Virus record (IMG/VR): IMGVR_UViG_3300027759_000046
Coordinates: 1-64,000 of that record
Length of the DNA: 64,000 bases
Strand: one strand, 5' to 3'
The notes beneath the pieces are model-generated. The model did not search any database. It worked only from the letters and a program-made list of their open reading frames with translations, and was not told the DNA's origin. Below, piece by piece: positions 1 to 8,600 of the stretch (position 1 is its first letter; each line of letters starts with the position of its first letter). Made by a program: the position numbers and the translations under genes.

Positions 1-208
1 TGTCGTAGGAGCTGCAGTGGTGGTTGTCGTAGGAGCTGCAGTGGTGGTTGTCGTAGGAGCTGCAGTGGTGGTTGTCGTAGGAGCTGCAGTGGTGGTTGTC
101 GTAGGAGCTGCCGTTGTCGTCGTTGTCGTAGGAGCTGCCGTTGTCGTCGTTGTCGTAGGAGCTGCAGTAGTGGTTGTCGTAGGAGCAGCAGTTGTAGTAG
201 TAGTAGTA
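1..208. repeat. Coding tandem repeat with 24/27-bp units (TGTCGTAGGAGCTGCAGTGGTGGT)
   Basis: Four identical 24-mers (1-96), two 27-mers (97-150), one near-identical 24-mer (151-174) and a degenerate unit. Encodes T5-6AAP on the minus strand. No spacers, so not CRISPR. Confidence 0.95.
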
Positions 209-1827
209 TTACCTGCCGTTGTAGTGGTAGTAGTGTCGTCTTGGATTGGGACAATTACTTCATACTCGCATCCACCTTTTGTAAATAAGTAAGTTCCTAC
301 AACATTTGGAATTCCTTGAAATACTGGATTTGAGACATTAAATGTCCATGGTAATTCAACCATATCTCCAATTAATCCAGTTAAAGTATGCTCTTCTGAA
401 CTTTGATCCGTAAATACGACTTCAAATGGACCAGTTGGTGTTCCATCAAAAGTTACAGAGGTTGGAAGTTCGCCAGAACCCGGTTCGTATGTGATTTGAT
501 TTGGAACGCAGGTTGTGGTTGTGGTCGTTGCCGCTGTTGTTGTAGTTGTTGTGCTTGAAGTAGTGGTTGTTACTCCAGTATTTAGAATTAAATAGAATGG
601 ACTAAACGAATCTACTTGAGCATAAATTGAACGAGTTGCATAATCTGGAATGTATAAATCTCCAGCAATATCTCCAGGATCAACAGTTTCATCGACTAAT
701 ATTCCGCTAACTTCGTGGAATATTCGGATTAGGTCAAACTCGGCCTCGCTCATGCTCTGAGGCATTGTGAATTTAATAATTGTATCAGGTGGACATACTC
801 CATCCCAGTCAGTTATCGTAAATGCATATACTGAATTTTGTAGATAAAAACCTGGAGGTAGAGAGTCTCCGCCCAAGTTATCAATTGGATTTGGTCGCTT
901 ACAGATTGTCACTGGTGCAGTACCAGACGGTGCTCCAATAATTTCAATACCGAAATTAAATGAGGTTGAGCTTGAGTCAACAATCTCAGTGCTACAAGTA
1001 TAGCCAGTTTGTGAACAGAAAGGATCTTCTGTAAAATAGTGTAATAATAATTTATCACCAGTATCTAAGTTATAACCTGCAATACTTGGGTTCCAATATA
1101 ATTGACAAGTTGAATCAGCTTCATTAAATGTAACTGCGTTTAATCCGCCGTCATTACTTAGATATGCAGGTGAAGTAATATCACCATCTCCGACCGGTAC
1201 GAGTTGACCGTTTACAAATAGCATAAATGCAGTTGCTGCAAGTGGAGCGGGTACCAAAAATATTCCATTCTCAGAAGCATTTGTATTATCTACGCTAACA
1301 TTATCTGCTGTTGCACGCATAATAACTTCTTGCATGCACTTTGCGGTTGCTGAGGCGCCATTTCCGCCTGACAGTAGAGTCCAGCCGGTTGAAACTAGCC
1401 AAACATAAACTCCTTCAATTCGATTTCCTTGAGCCGCGATATAGACAATTTCACCAGGAACGCCAGTAGTCGGTAGAGCTCCAAATACTCTTAATCTCAG
1501 ACGTAAAATCTCTGCAACATCTTCGGCTACAAAGTTTTTAGCAGTAACTGTACCACTTGGTGAAAGATTAATTACGGTTGGATAATTACCGTTCTGTAAT
1601 TGAGTGCCGTATACTGAAAGTCCTCTTCGAACTGTGACTAGATCTGACGCAACTGTGTTAATGTCTACTGAAACATCATTCGTAGATTGATTATAATTTA
1701 TTGATGATAAGAACTCCTTAATCGCAGAAGTTATTTCACCAAAATTAAAATTGGAGAGCTCAACTAGTGATGTTGTGCTAGAATTAGATAGTTTTTTAAC
1801 CGATGTTAGTTTGACTTGTACTGCCAT
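1..1827 (-). CDS. Probable virion protein with mucin-like Thr-rich repeats (3' end runs off the window; at least 609 codons)
   Basis: Missing from the ORF track. Hand translation from ATG at 1827 (MAVQVKLTSVKKLSNSS...) is open to position 1 and ends ...PIQDDTTTTTTAGNTTTTTTAAP(TTTTTAAP)n. The ATAAATAA late motif lies upstream at 1852-1859. Confidence 0.85.
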   Translation of the reverse strand, partial: MAVQVKLTSVKKLSNSSTTSLVELSNFNFGEITSAIKEFLSSINYNQSTNDVSVDINTVASDLVTVRRGLSVYGTQLQNGNYPTVINLSPSGTVTAKNFVAEDVAEILRLRLRVFGALPTTGVPGEIVYIAAQGNRIEGVYVWLVSTGWTLLSGGNGASATAKCMQEVIMRATADNVSVDNTNASENGIFLVPAPLAATAFMLFVNGQLVPVGDGDITSPAYLSNDGGLNAVTFNEADSTCQLYWNPSIAGYNLDTGDKLLLHYFTEDPFCSQTGYTCSTEIVDSSSTSFNFGIEIIGAPSGTAPVTICKRPNPIDNLGGDSLPPGFYLQNSVYAFTITDWDGVCPPDTIIKFTMPQSMSEAEFDLIRIFHEVSGILVDETVDPGDIAGDLYIPDYATRSIYAQVDSFSPFYLILNTGVTTTTSSTTTTTTAATTTTTTCVPNQITYEPGSGELPTSVTFDGTPTGPFEVVFTDQSSEEHTLTGLIGDMVELPWTFNVSNPVFQGIPNVVGTYLFTKGGCEYEVIVPIQDDTTTTTTAGNTTTTTTAAPTTTTTAAPTTTTTTAAPTTTTTTAAPTTTTTAAPTTTTTAAPTTTTTAAPTTTTTAAPTT

Positions 1828-1851
1828 TTTAATGTTGGGCTTTTTCTGCTT

Positions 1852-1859
1852 TTATTTAT
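1852..1859 (-). promoter_or_regulatory. Late promoter motif ATAAATAA (T4 TATAAATA-like)
   Basis: Exact motif about 25 nt upstream of the ATG at 1827. The same motif recurs before many virion genes. Confidence 0.65.
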
Positions 1860-3208
1860 TACTTTTCTTCAATATCTCGAGTTTTTAGCTCTTTCAAGAA
1901 CTCTGTTTTTGAGTCTACTTTGCAATTTAAGGCAACTGTACCTGATCTAATGATACATTCGTTAAGATCTCCGTAAATTACATGACCTGGTTCGCTTTTA
2001 ATGTAGCTTAGGTCAAGACGATTGCGACCGTCTCTTTCAAATGTGCAATATTTAAGGTAAGAATATCGAATATCGTTACCGGTTATGATTCGTGCCTCAC
2101 GTAGATGAGACGATCTTACTTTACAGCCGTAAAATGTGCAATTTGTTAATTCCCCTTCTACTGAACAGTTAATAAAGTCAACATCACTTACTGAAAAGCT
2201 CTCTTTTAGGCGAGCATCTTTTATTTGAATGCGTTTGGCTTGAGTATCGTAGTTAACAATGCCTTTTTTAAGATTACCGGTAGTAATCAGCTCAAATAAT
2301 TTCTCTTTTATATTAGAATAATTTGATTCAACGATTCGTGGATCATTTCTAAGGTCAATGTATAGTTCAATATCCGGATATGTATTAATAAAGCTCTCAT
2401 AAGTTTTAACTGATTGTAATAATGATTTGTGTTTAGTTAAAATCTCAGAAATTCTACGAGTTTCATTAACTGTGTATACATGATTCTCTTGTAAAGTTGA
2501 ATATAGACTCTCGGCCATGTAGTTAATTAACTCAACTGAGTCTTTTTTCTTGGTTTCGTAGCCGGCTCCTCCTGCATATCGGACTTCTAGATAATTTTGA
2601 GATAACTTTGTGAAATTTATCCCAAAATACTTTGCATGAGGTAGGTTAAAATCAGTTGGGCTTGCTGGATATGCGTAATTTAGGCTTGTTTCAGCAATAA
2701 ACTTATTTTTAGGATAGATGTTTAAGACTGAGTTTTTATAGATCTTCTGCATTCTTGATTTGGCAGATGGCCACATATCAAAAATCTTAGATTCGTCTAA
2801 ATTTAAGATGTACTTGAAAACATTTAAGTTTTGAAGACGCTCAGTTAAGTCTAGATCAATTTCATTAAATGAAATATTGACATGAACTCCAGTCCTTTCG
2901 GTTGTAAACCCGTGTTCAGCAATAAAATTATAGATTTTAAACATTACATGAACTGCTTCGTTATACGGCATAACTCCGGTTACCAGCTCGTTCATTCTAA
3001 AACCGCCTGAGAAATCCGGTTCAATTTTAAAATCGTTTTCGGCAACTGGCATGTCAGAATGGTACTGATCAGTCCATTGCACGTTCTTTTTTAGAACCTT
3101 TGTAAGTTTTTCCGAAAGTTCCTTTCTGCTTAACGGCGAAAAGAATTCAAATTCGAATCCCAAATTCACGTTATCAAATAGGCGTTTCTTGTTTATATCT
3201 TTATACAT
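1859..3208 (-). CDS. Putative amidoligase (COOH-NH2 ligase type 2) with a C-terminal beta-helix-like repeat region
   Basis: Motifs GFEFEF, IEPD..GG, ELVT, GVHVNIS, KYFGIN and EVRYAGG. The C-terminal third has short periodic I/L/F-x-x-C/S repeats. Confidence 0.7.
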   Translation of the reverse strand: MYKDINKKRLFDNVNLGFEFEFFSPLSRKELSEKLTKVLKKNVQWTDQYHSDMPVAENDFKIEPDFSGGFRMNELVTGVMPYNEAVHVMFKIYNFIAEHGFTTERTGVHVNISFNEIDLDLTERLQNLNVFKYILNLDESKIFDMWPSAKSRMQKIYKNSVLNIYPKNKFIAETSLNYAYPASPTDFNLPHAKYFGINFTKLSQNYLEVRYAGGAGYETKKKDSVELINYMAESLYSTLQENHVYTVNETRRISEILTKHKSLLQSVKTYESFINTYPDIELYIDLRNDPRIVESNYSNIKEKLFELITTGNLKKGIVNYDTQAKRIQIKDARLKESFSVSDVDFINCSVEGELTNCTFYGCKVRSSHLREARIITGNDIRYSYLKYCTFERDGRNRLDLSYIKSEPGHVIYGDLNECIIRSGTVALNCKVDSKTEFLKELKTRDIEEK

Positions 3209-3212
3209 AGAG

Positions 3213-3220
3213 TTATTTAT
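3213..3220 (-). promoter_or_regulatory. Late promoter motif ATAAATAA
   Basis: Exact motif 4 nt upstream of the amidoligase ATG. Confidence 0.6.
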
Positions 3221-3226
3221 TAAAAT

Positions 3227-5311
3227 TTATCGGTTTATTGCTATAAATGGTACATTCAATCGAGGTCTGGCATTATCAATTATGGCTAGAGTAGATTCAT
3301 CTCTAATGAATAATTGACTCACTATGAATTCATGATCTTCGCTCTGGATCATTGTATTAAATAGTCTAACATTTGCAATTGAATAATTTGCACTAGGTAA
3401 ACACCAAGTTGCAGTGGTTTCAAATTCAAAGGTTCCAGTCGTAACAATATTTGAATTGGGGTTTAGTGGCACAATCTTATTGAAGTTCTTGATATTTGCT
3501 GGATCTTGCCTAAGTTCATACACATTTATTTCAAATTGACCGAACTGAGCAGAGATTGGAATGATGATTGGATACCATTTTGCGTATTCAATTGTTCCGA
3601 TCGGCTGACTGTATTCTTGATCATTTATTGTTATCTTAATGCTTAAATTAGGCGTACCTGATGCGTCAGCTATGATTGCCTGGATGATTAATCCTTTGCG
3701 GTCATAATCATCATAACCTCTAAATAGCGTCACATCCTGATCACCTCTGTTAAAATTAACTAGTGCAGAGAAAGTCATGTTTGGAGTCTCAGCAGTTGAG
3801 GCTTGTCGCTTGTAGACAACTGCATTCTCGGCCTGTTTAAAATTAACAATTCCTGAGCCTGAAGTAGTTTCAAGAATTGGTCTGCGTTCAGATGCCTTAA
3901 GGCTTAGCGTTTTATAACCCTCAACGATTACGTACTTTTGACCAGTATGCGGCGGCGCAAAGGACTCTTTTGGGCCATTCATTTTAATTCTGGCCTTGTT
4001 AGGATTAAGATCGGCAATATTAATATCACCTGTAACCAATTGATTTTGTCTCCAAGTTTTAAAAATATTGCTATCATCGTATGCATAAATTTCTCCGTCT
4101 GGCGAAAGTTCTTGCGCATCTGCTCCATTTGATGAAGTTAATGTGTATGGAACCAATTGCGGACGAATTGCACTCATATCATAATAGTATTCAATTAATG
4201 GAGCGTAATTAAATGTGATATCTAATATTTTGCTCTTGATATCTGGATGTAGAGTCTTTCGGACCTCATCAAATCGGGTAGAAGCGGTTGAAAATTGTTG
4301 TTTATCTAATGCGTCCTGTTTTTGAACCTTAGCCTCTGCTCCAAATAACTGTTCAGAACTCATAATGATATTGTCTAAGAAAGTTCTGTCATTGGCTTTC
4401 ATTAGCATATCAATATTGGGATGGAATTTGGTTAATTGAATTTTCCAATAAATTGGCTCCATCATAAATCCTCTGTATAGGTACGAACCTTGAATCTCGT
4501 ACATACGATTAACTAGAGGAAAGAAGAGATAGTCTCTCTTTCTAGGCTGCGAGCCTTTACCGAACATCATTTGAAAATAAGTATGATCAACATGAATTTC
4601 AAATGGAACTTCAAAATCAACTCCGAACTCTGTAAAATTGGGTTTGTTATCTGGAAACTTATTATCTGGTACCATTACCTTGATACACTTACGTTCAGTT
4701 GTTTTAAATAGAGTCCATTCTTTAAAGATAAAATCGCCGCCGTCTCTATCTGGTTCTGTTTTAAAATAGACAACCTCGTGTCCAAATATTTTATTGGTCT
4801 GTAGGCTTAATTCGTGTGCAATACCGGTTGCTGTACCAACCTCATAGGGTTTAAATGAGGCTTCGCGCTCAGCAATTATTACTGGACAGCGCTCATCTGA
4901 ACAAGAAACGGACGGGGTAAATAATTGGTCTTGAGGTTTGGTGCTCTCGACTCTGATCTTAACTTCATTGACTTTTAGCTCAGTTGAGAGAGCATCGTAT
5001 GTTGTATCGTCGTACTCATACTTCACTTCAAAAAAGACATTGGATTCCGCGAAGACTAACGTAGGTAAATCGCCTAAGTCGTCTGGCGTAAATGAGTACC
5101 AAAGAGACCAGTTTGATCGGTCGTTTGAATATCTTAACTTTCTGATAATATTTGCTGGATTTGCCGAGCCTAGGTCCAGGTCCTCATCGAAAGCTGTGAT
5201 TTTTACGGCTTTCTCTAGAGGTTCACCAGTTGAAAAAATTCGATAATTTTTTGAGAAACTTATTGAATTCTTGGCTGGATCAGTTATAATTTTATAGGCT
5301 ACTACTTGCAT
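3227..5311 (-). CDS. gp14: Neck/head-completion protein gp14-like, with N-terminal extension and C-terminal LamG/ConA-like domain
   Basis: The central segment GHEVVYF..DFIFKE..TEFGVDFEVPFEIHVD..GSQPRKRDYLFFPLVNRMYEI matches the T4 gp14 pattern ([50 protein letters not shown]). Start moved from 5362 to ATG 5311, which lies downstream of the late motif at 5328-5335. Confidence 0.7.
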   Translation of the reverse strand: MQVVAYKIITDPAKNSISFSKNYRIFSTGEPLEKAVKITAFDEDLDLGSANPANIIRKLRYSNDRSNWSLWYSFTPDDLGDLPTLVFAESNVFFEVKYEYDDTTYDALSTELKVNEVKIRVESTKPQDQLFTPSVSCSDERCPVIIAEREASFKPYEVGTATGIAHELSLQTNKIFGHEVVYFKTEPDRDGGDFIFKEWTLFKTTERKCIKVMVPDNKFPDNKPNFTEFGVDFEVPFEIHVDHTYFQMMFGKGSQPRKRDYLFFPLVNRMYEIQGSYLYRGFMMEPIYWKIQLTKFHPNIDMLMKANDRTFLDNIIMSSEQLFGAEAKVQKQDALDKQQFSTASTRFDEVRKTLHPDIKSKILDITFNYAPLIEYYYDMSAIRPQLVPYTLTSSNGADAQELSPDGEIYAYDDSNIFKTWRQNQLVTGDINIADLNPNKARIKMNGPKESFAPPHTGQKYVIVEGYKTLSLKASERRPILETTSGSGIVNFKQAENAVVYKRQASTAETPNMTFSALVNFNRGDQDVTLFRGYDDYDRKGLIIQAIIADASGTPNLSIKITINDQEYSQPIGTIEYAKWYPIIIPISAQFGQFEINVYELRQDPANIKNFNKIVPLNPNSNIVTTGTFEFETTATWCLPSANYSIANVRLFNTMIQSEDHEFIVSQLFIRDESTLAIIDNARPRLNVPFIAINR

Positions 5312-5327
5312 TCGACCCTTCTTTTTG

Positions 5328-5370
5328 TTATTTATCGCAGAGTTACCTGAATTACTTCGCAAATAAATAA
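5328..5370. promoter_or_regulatory. Divergent pair of late promoter motifs (minus 5328-5335, plus 5363-5370)
   Basis: ATAAATAA on each strand, facing the gp14-like gene and ORF 5390 respectively. Confidence 0.65.
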
Positions 5371-5389
5371 TAAGAAAACGGGTTAACCT

Positions 5390-6187
5390 ATGAAATCACT
5401 TAACCCCTTGCTGGTTTTGGATCCTACATGGATCTGCCAAGCATATAAAGTTGACCTGGAGTACTACACGTACCTTTTACTTGGTGCTCAGCAGACTTAT
5501 CTTAAGGGCCTTGAATCCGGTCGATTCGATCATTTTTATGAAATTGTTTTTCATTACCTAAATCTTAATACAATTATTGCAGATAGTAAAATATACGATT
5601 CTGGTCTTAAACCGGTTACTGCTGACCATAACTTACTGTTATTAATTAGCCAGCTAGCCGAGAAAGAAGACAGTCAAGGCAAGGAGATCATTAGAGAAAC
5701 TTCAAAGATTTTTGCAGATACTATGAATACGTACTTAGATAAGCTGATAGTTAGCCTTGATAAGATTCATTTTTATTTTAATAATAACTGGATTCACAAA
5801 CAGGATTTTATCTATTTTGTGTGTAAAACAATTGAGCCAGATCATTATGAAATTGTTAAACTTGATCTAAAGGACTCTCACAATTTTGGGTACTCAGTCT
5901 GTACAGTAGCAGAGGTTGAATTGCCTGGGCTTAAAGAGAATCAGTTTAAAGATCGTCTGCTTAAAAAATTACCTGAGCTCAAGGATTTTGATCCTGAGAA
6001 AAATGTGATGGTAATTGGTGGAGGAGTCAATATTGATCCAGTTAATCGAGTTTGTCTTGCGAAGGACACAGTTCTACTTAACCGAATTATGAATCATCAA
6101 CACGGATTTGACGGTAATGTTCTACTAGACTTTCACAGGTTACTAGAAAAGCAGAAGAGCATTCCCTTTAAATTAAAGATGAATTAG
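5390..6187 (+). CDS. Hypothetical protein (265 aa)
   Basis: Long ORF filling the gap between two minus-strand genes, with its own late motif. No recognisable domain. Confidence 0.8.
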   Translation: MKSLNPLLVLDPTWICQAYKVDLEYYTYLLLGAQQTYLKGLESGRFDHFYEIVFHYLNLNTIIADSKIYDSGLKPVTADHNLLLLISQLAEKEDSQGKEIIRETSKIFADTMNTYLDKLIVSLDKIHFYFNNNWIHKQDFIYFVCKTIEPDHYEIVKLDLKDSHNFGYSVCTVAEVELPGLKENQFKDRLLKKLPELKDFDPEKNVMVIGGGVNIDPVNRVCLAKDTVLLNRIMNHQHGFDGNVLLDFHRLLEKQKSIPFKLKMN

Positions 6188-6191
6188 CGAT

Positions 6192-8600
6192 CTACAGAGC
6201 TTCTTCAAATACATTATCATTATTCTGCTGGTCCTCAACGGTATAATTTCCGCCGACTGCCTGTTGAGTAGTTTGATGATTGGTAATATATGTTCCACTG
6301 ATTGTAACCCAAGTTTTATCAGCATTAGTAGATCCACCTGTTCGTTTTAGGAAATCCCAAATTGATACGTTGCAGTTCATTGCTGTCTCTTGATGTTCGG
6401 TGCCAGTAGTTCCCTCTTTTGCAAGAGTTCGGCTGCCACGCATAACAAACTGTGGATACCGGGTAAGAGTTCCGTACGTTGCAAAGATTGCATAAAGAGA
6501 AGAAGGTTGAATTGGATAAAATGTTGATGTTCCACTAGTTCCGGCACCGGCTGCTCCCCATTTATAGATTAATGGAAATGCTCGCATTGCACCTTGCCGG
6601 GTGCTATCTGCGTGCGCTCTCACGTTAAACTTCATAGTATCAATTGCTGGCCAGTGATTTGGAATTCCACGAACGCATAATTGATACGACTCATTGCCTA
6701 TTGCAGCAGGGTCAGTTGCAGTATTTCCGATATTGCCTATGTTGAATGTAGCTAAATCATTTGGCGCATTTGCTGCAATGGCAGAAGGGGCAGTTGAGGT
6801 TGCCCAACCTGTAATTGAGAATCTAAGCTGGATAGTAACTGTATTTCCAATTTTTGTGTAAACACCGGTTTTGTCTCCAATGGTTGGCTGTAGATTTGAA
6901 ACGTTTGTGTAGCCGTTCACGGTTGGCAGAGTTTGAGTTGCAGTATACCAGATATCTGGAGTAAAGGTTCCTTCTTGGTATTCGTCTAATACGTTAACAT
7001 CTGTGCTGCTGGCAGTAGGCAAAGTTCCAGTTGAAACCGGAAAAGGTATTGCACTATTTAATCGATTATTCTTGATTTTTAGGGCGTAGGTACTTGAGGT
7101 TGACCAGTTTATTCCAACGTTTGATGTGCCTGCTCCTAATATGATCTCTTTTGCGGTATTTGGCGCAAGTAACATTAGATTTCCACCGCCTGCTCCTCCG
7201 CTCTTAACCGTCATATCACCAGCTGCTCCGCTACCAGTTGAGGTAACTGTGAACGCTCCATTTGCAGTTAAGCTTGCAGGAAGAAGAGTTGCAGTTGATG
7301 TACTATTTTTAACAACAACGGCAATTTTATCGTAAATCATTGTGTCGACCGATTGCGATGAATCTGATCGCATAATGACGTTCTTCGTAGAATTGGTGTA
7401 GTTATCTGGATCAAATCCAAATCCAAATTTTTGAATTGAATCAAAATTGAAATGTATACCATCGACTAGCGCTCCAGTTATCTTAGCTTCAGTATTTGCG
7501 CTATTTTCTAAAATACTGTTTGAGATTCCAAATTTAATTATGCGATTATTTGGTGGAGATGAGGCTGTTGCGCCTGCTGCAGTTTTCTTGTTAATTGTCC
7601 ATGTGAATCTAGAGTTAAGAGCAGGTTGAGTAACTGAATCGGTTGCATGTAGATTAAAATCTGCACGGATTAGAGATTTGCCCGGAATAGTTGAATCGCT
7701 AATTCTAAATTTGCGAACTCTAAGATTTTGATATGTTGGACTTATTACATATTTTTGAGTAACCGTATTAGTTAAGTGTTCTTCAACTAGATCGTCAACT
7801 GATCCTAATTCAAGTTGATGACGATAACCGGTTGACCCAGTTAAATGATCGGCTTCGGTTGCAGCATCGGACGCAGAATAGAATGAGTATAGCGATAGTA
7901 AAGCTGAATACGGGAATGCCTCCTCGTTTATATCAACACCAGGTAAATTACCGAGTCTATTGTCACTTGGTGTAACGCTATAGCCGTTTAGGTCGCTTGA
8001 GCCTGAAACAATATTTCTGGCTGTCTTTGCATCAAAATTAAAGAGAACAACTTGCGAATTTTGAGTAGTTCCGCTCGAATCTCTCCAGTTAGGAGCATTG
8101 GTTGACCATGCACCGCCTGACGTTGAACCGACCGTTGTTATTCGGTCAAGACCTGATTTATTTTTAACCGGTAAAATTATCTTAGCCGTAGCTGAGACGC
8201 CGATTCCCAGCTGCCAAGTTGAATCGTTAACTTGGGAAATTGAGTTAAACAGATCGTAAAAATCTGAAACTTTATTCCATGTGCTTGTGCCGGATTTTTG
8301 ATAGATTGCATCTTCGCTTATGTAATAATCGTCAATTGCAGCAGATGTTGATGCTGGATAAGTAGTTGGACTTAGAGTTACACCAGTAACAATTGAATCT
8401 GAGTAAATTTGGGTGCCAGCGGCTCCTTCTGGTCCAATTGGACCTTCTGGGCCAGGTGAACCTGTTGTACCAGTTGCTCCAGTTTGGCCAGGTTGACCTA
8501 CTCCGAGCGCAAGAAATTGGTTAAAATTATAATTAAGTTTGCTAGCGAGATCTGCCGGATTGTCTACGGAAAAAACTTCTTTTAGGTTAATGTTTATCAT
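6192..8600 (-). CDS. Tail fibre-like virion protein with a short collagen (Gly-X-Y) segment
   Basis: GQPGQTGATGTTGSPGPEGPIGPEGAAG near the N-terminus, an LDEYQEGTFTP motif typical of phage fibre C-terminal modules, and S/T/G-rich composition. Confidence 0.65.
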   Translation of the reverse strand: MININLKEVFSVDNPADLASKLNYNFNQFLALGVGQPGQTGATGTTGSPGPEGPIGPEGAAGTQIYSDSIVTGVTLSPTTYPASTSAAIDDYYISEDAIYQKSGTSTWNKVSDFYDLFNSISQVNDSTWQLGIGVSATAKIILPVKNKSGLDRITTVGSTSGGAWSTNAPNWRDSSGTTQNSQVVLFNFDAKTARNIVSGSSDLNGYSVTPSDNRLGNLPGVDINEEAFPYSALLSLYSFYSASDAATEADHLTGSTGYRHQLELGSVDDLVEEHLTNTVTQKYVISPTYQNLRVRKFRISDSTIPGKSLIRADFNLHATDSVTQPALNSRFTWTINKKTAAGATASSPPNNRIIKFGISNSILENSANTEAKITGALVDGIHFNFDSIQKFGFGFDPDNYTNSTKNVIMRSDSSQSVDTMIYDKIAVVVKNSTSTATLLPASLTANGAFTVTSTGSGAAGDMTVKSGGAGGGNLMLLAPNTAKEIILGAGTSNVGINWSTSSTYALKIKNNRLNSAIPFPVSTGTLPTASSTDVNVLDEYQEGTFTPDIWYTATQTLPTVNGYTNVSNLQPTIGDKTGVYTKIGNTVTIQLRFSITGWATSTAPSAIAANAPNDLATFNIGNIGNTATDPAAIGNESYQLCVRGIPNHWPAIDTMKFNVRAHADSTRQGAMRAFPLIYKWGAAGAGTSGTSTFYPIQPSSLYAIFATYGTLTRYPQFVMRGSRTLAKEGTTGTEHQETAMNCNVSIWDFLKRTGGSTNADKTWVTISGTYITNHQTTQQAVGGNYTVEDQQNNDNVFEEAL

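Noticed and set aside
1-208. Possible CRISPR array
   Set aside because: The units are directly adjacent with no unique spacers, have lengths that are multiples of three, and are in-frame coding repeats.
17-292. 91-aa Val/Ala/Gly-rich plus-strand ORF that looks like a membrane protein
   Set aside because: It is the antisense shadow of the Thr-rich repeat in the real minus-strand gene (1-1827).
5312-5362. N-terminal extensions in the ORF track (5362, 43055, 49412, 58634, 59028 starts)
   Set aside because: They run over promoter motifs or upstream genes. Downstream ATGs (5311, 43085, 49448, 58667, 59115) fit coupling and spacing better.
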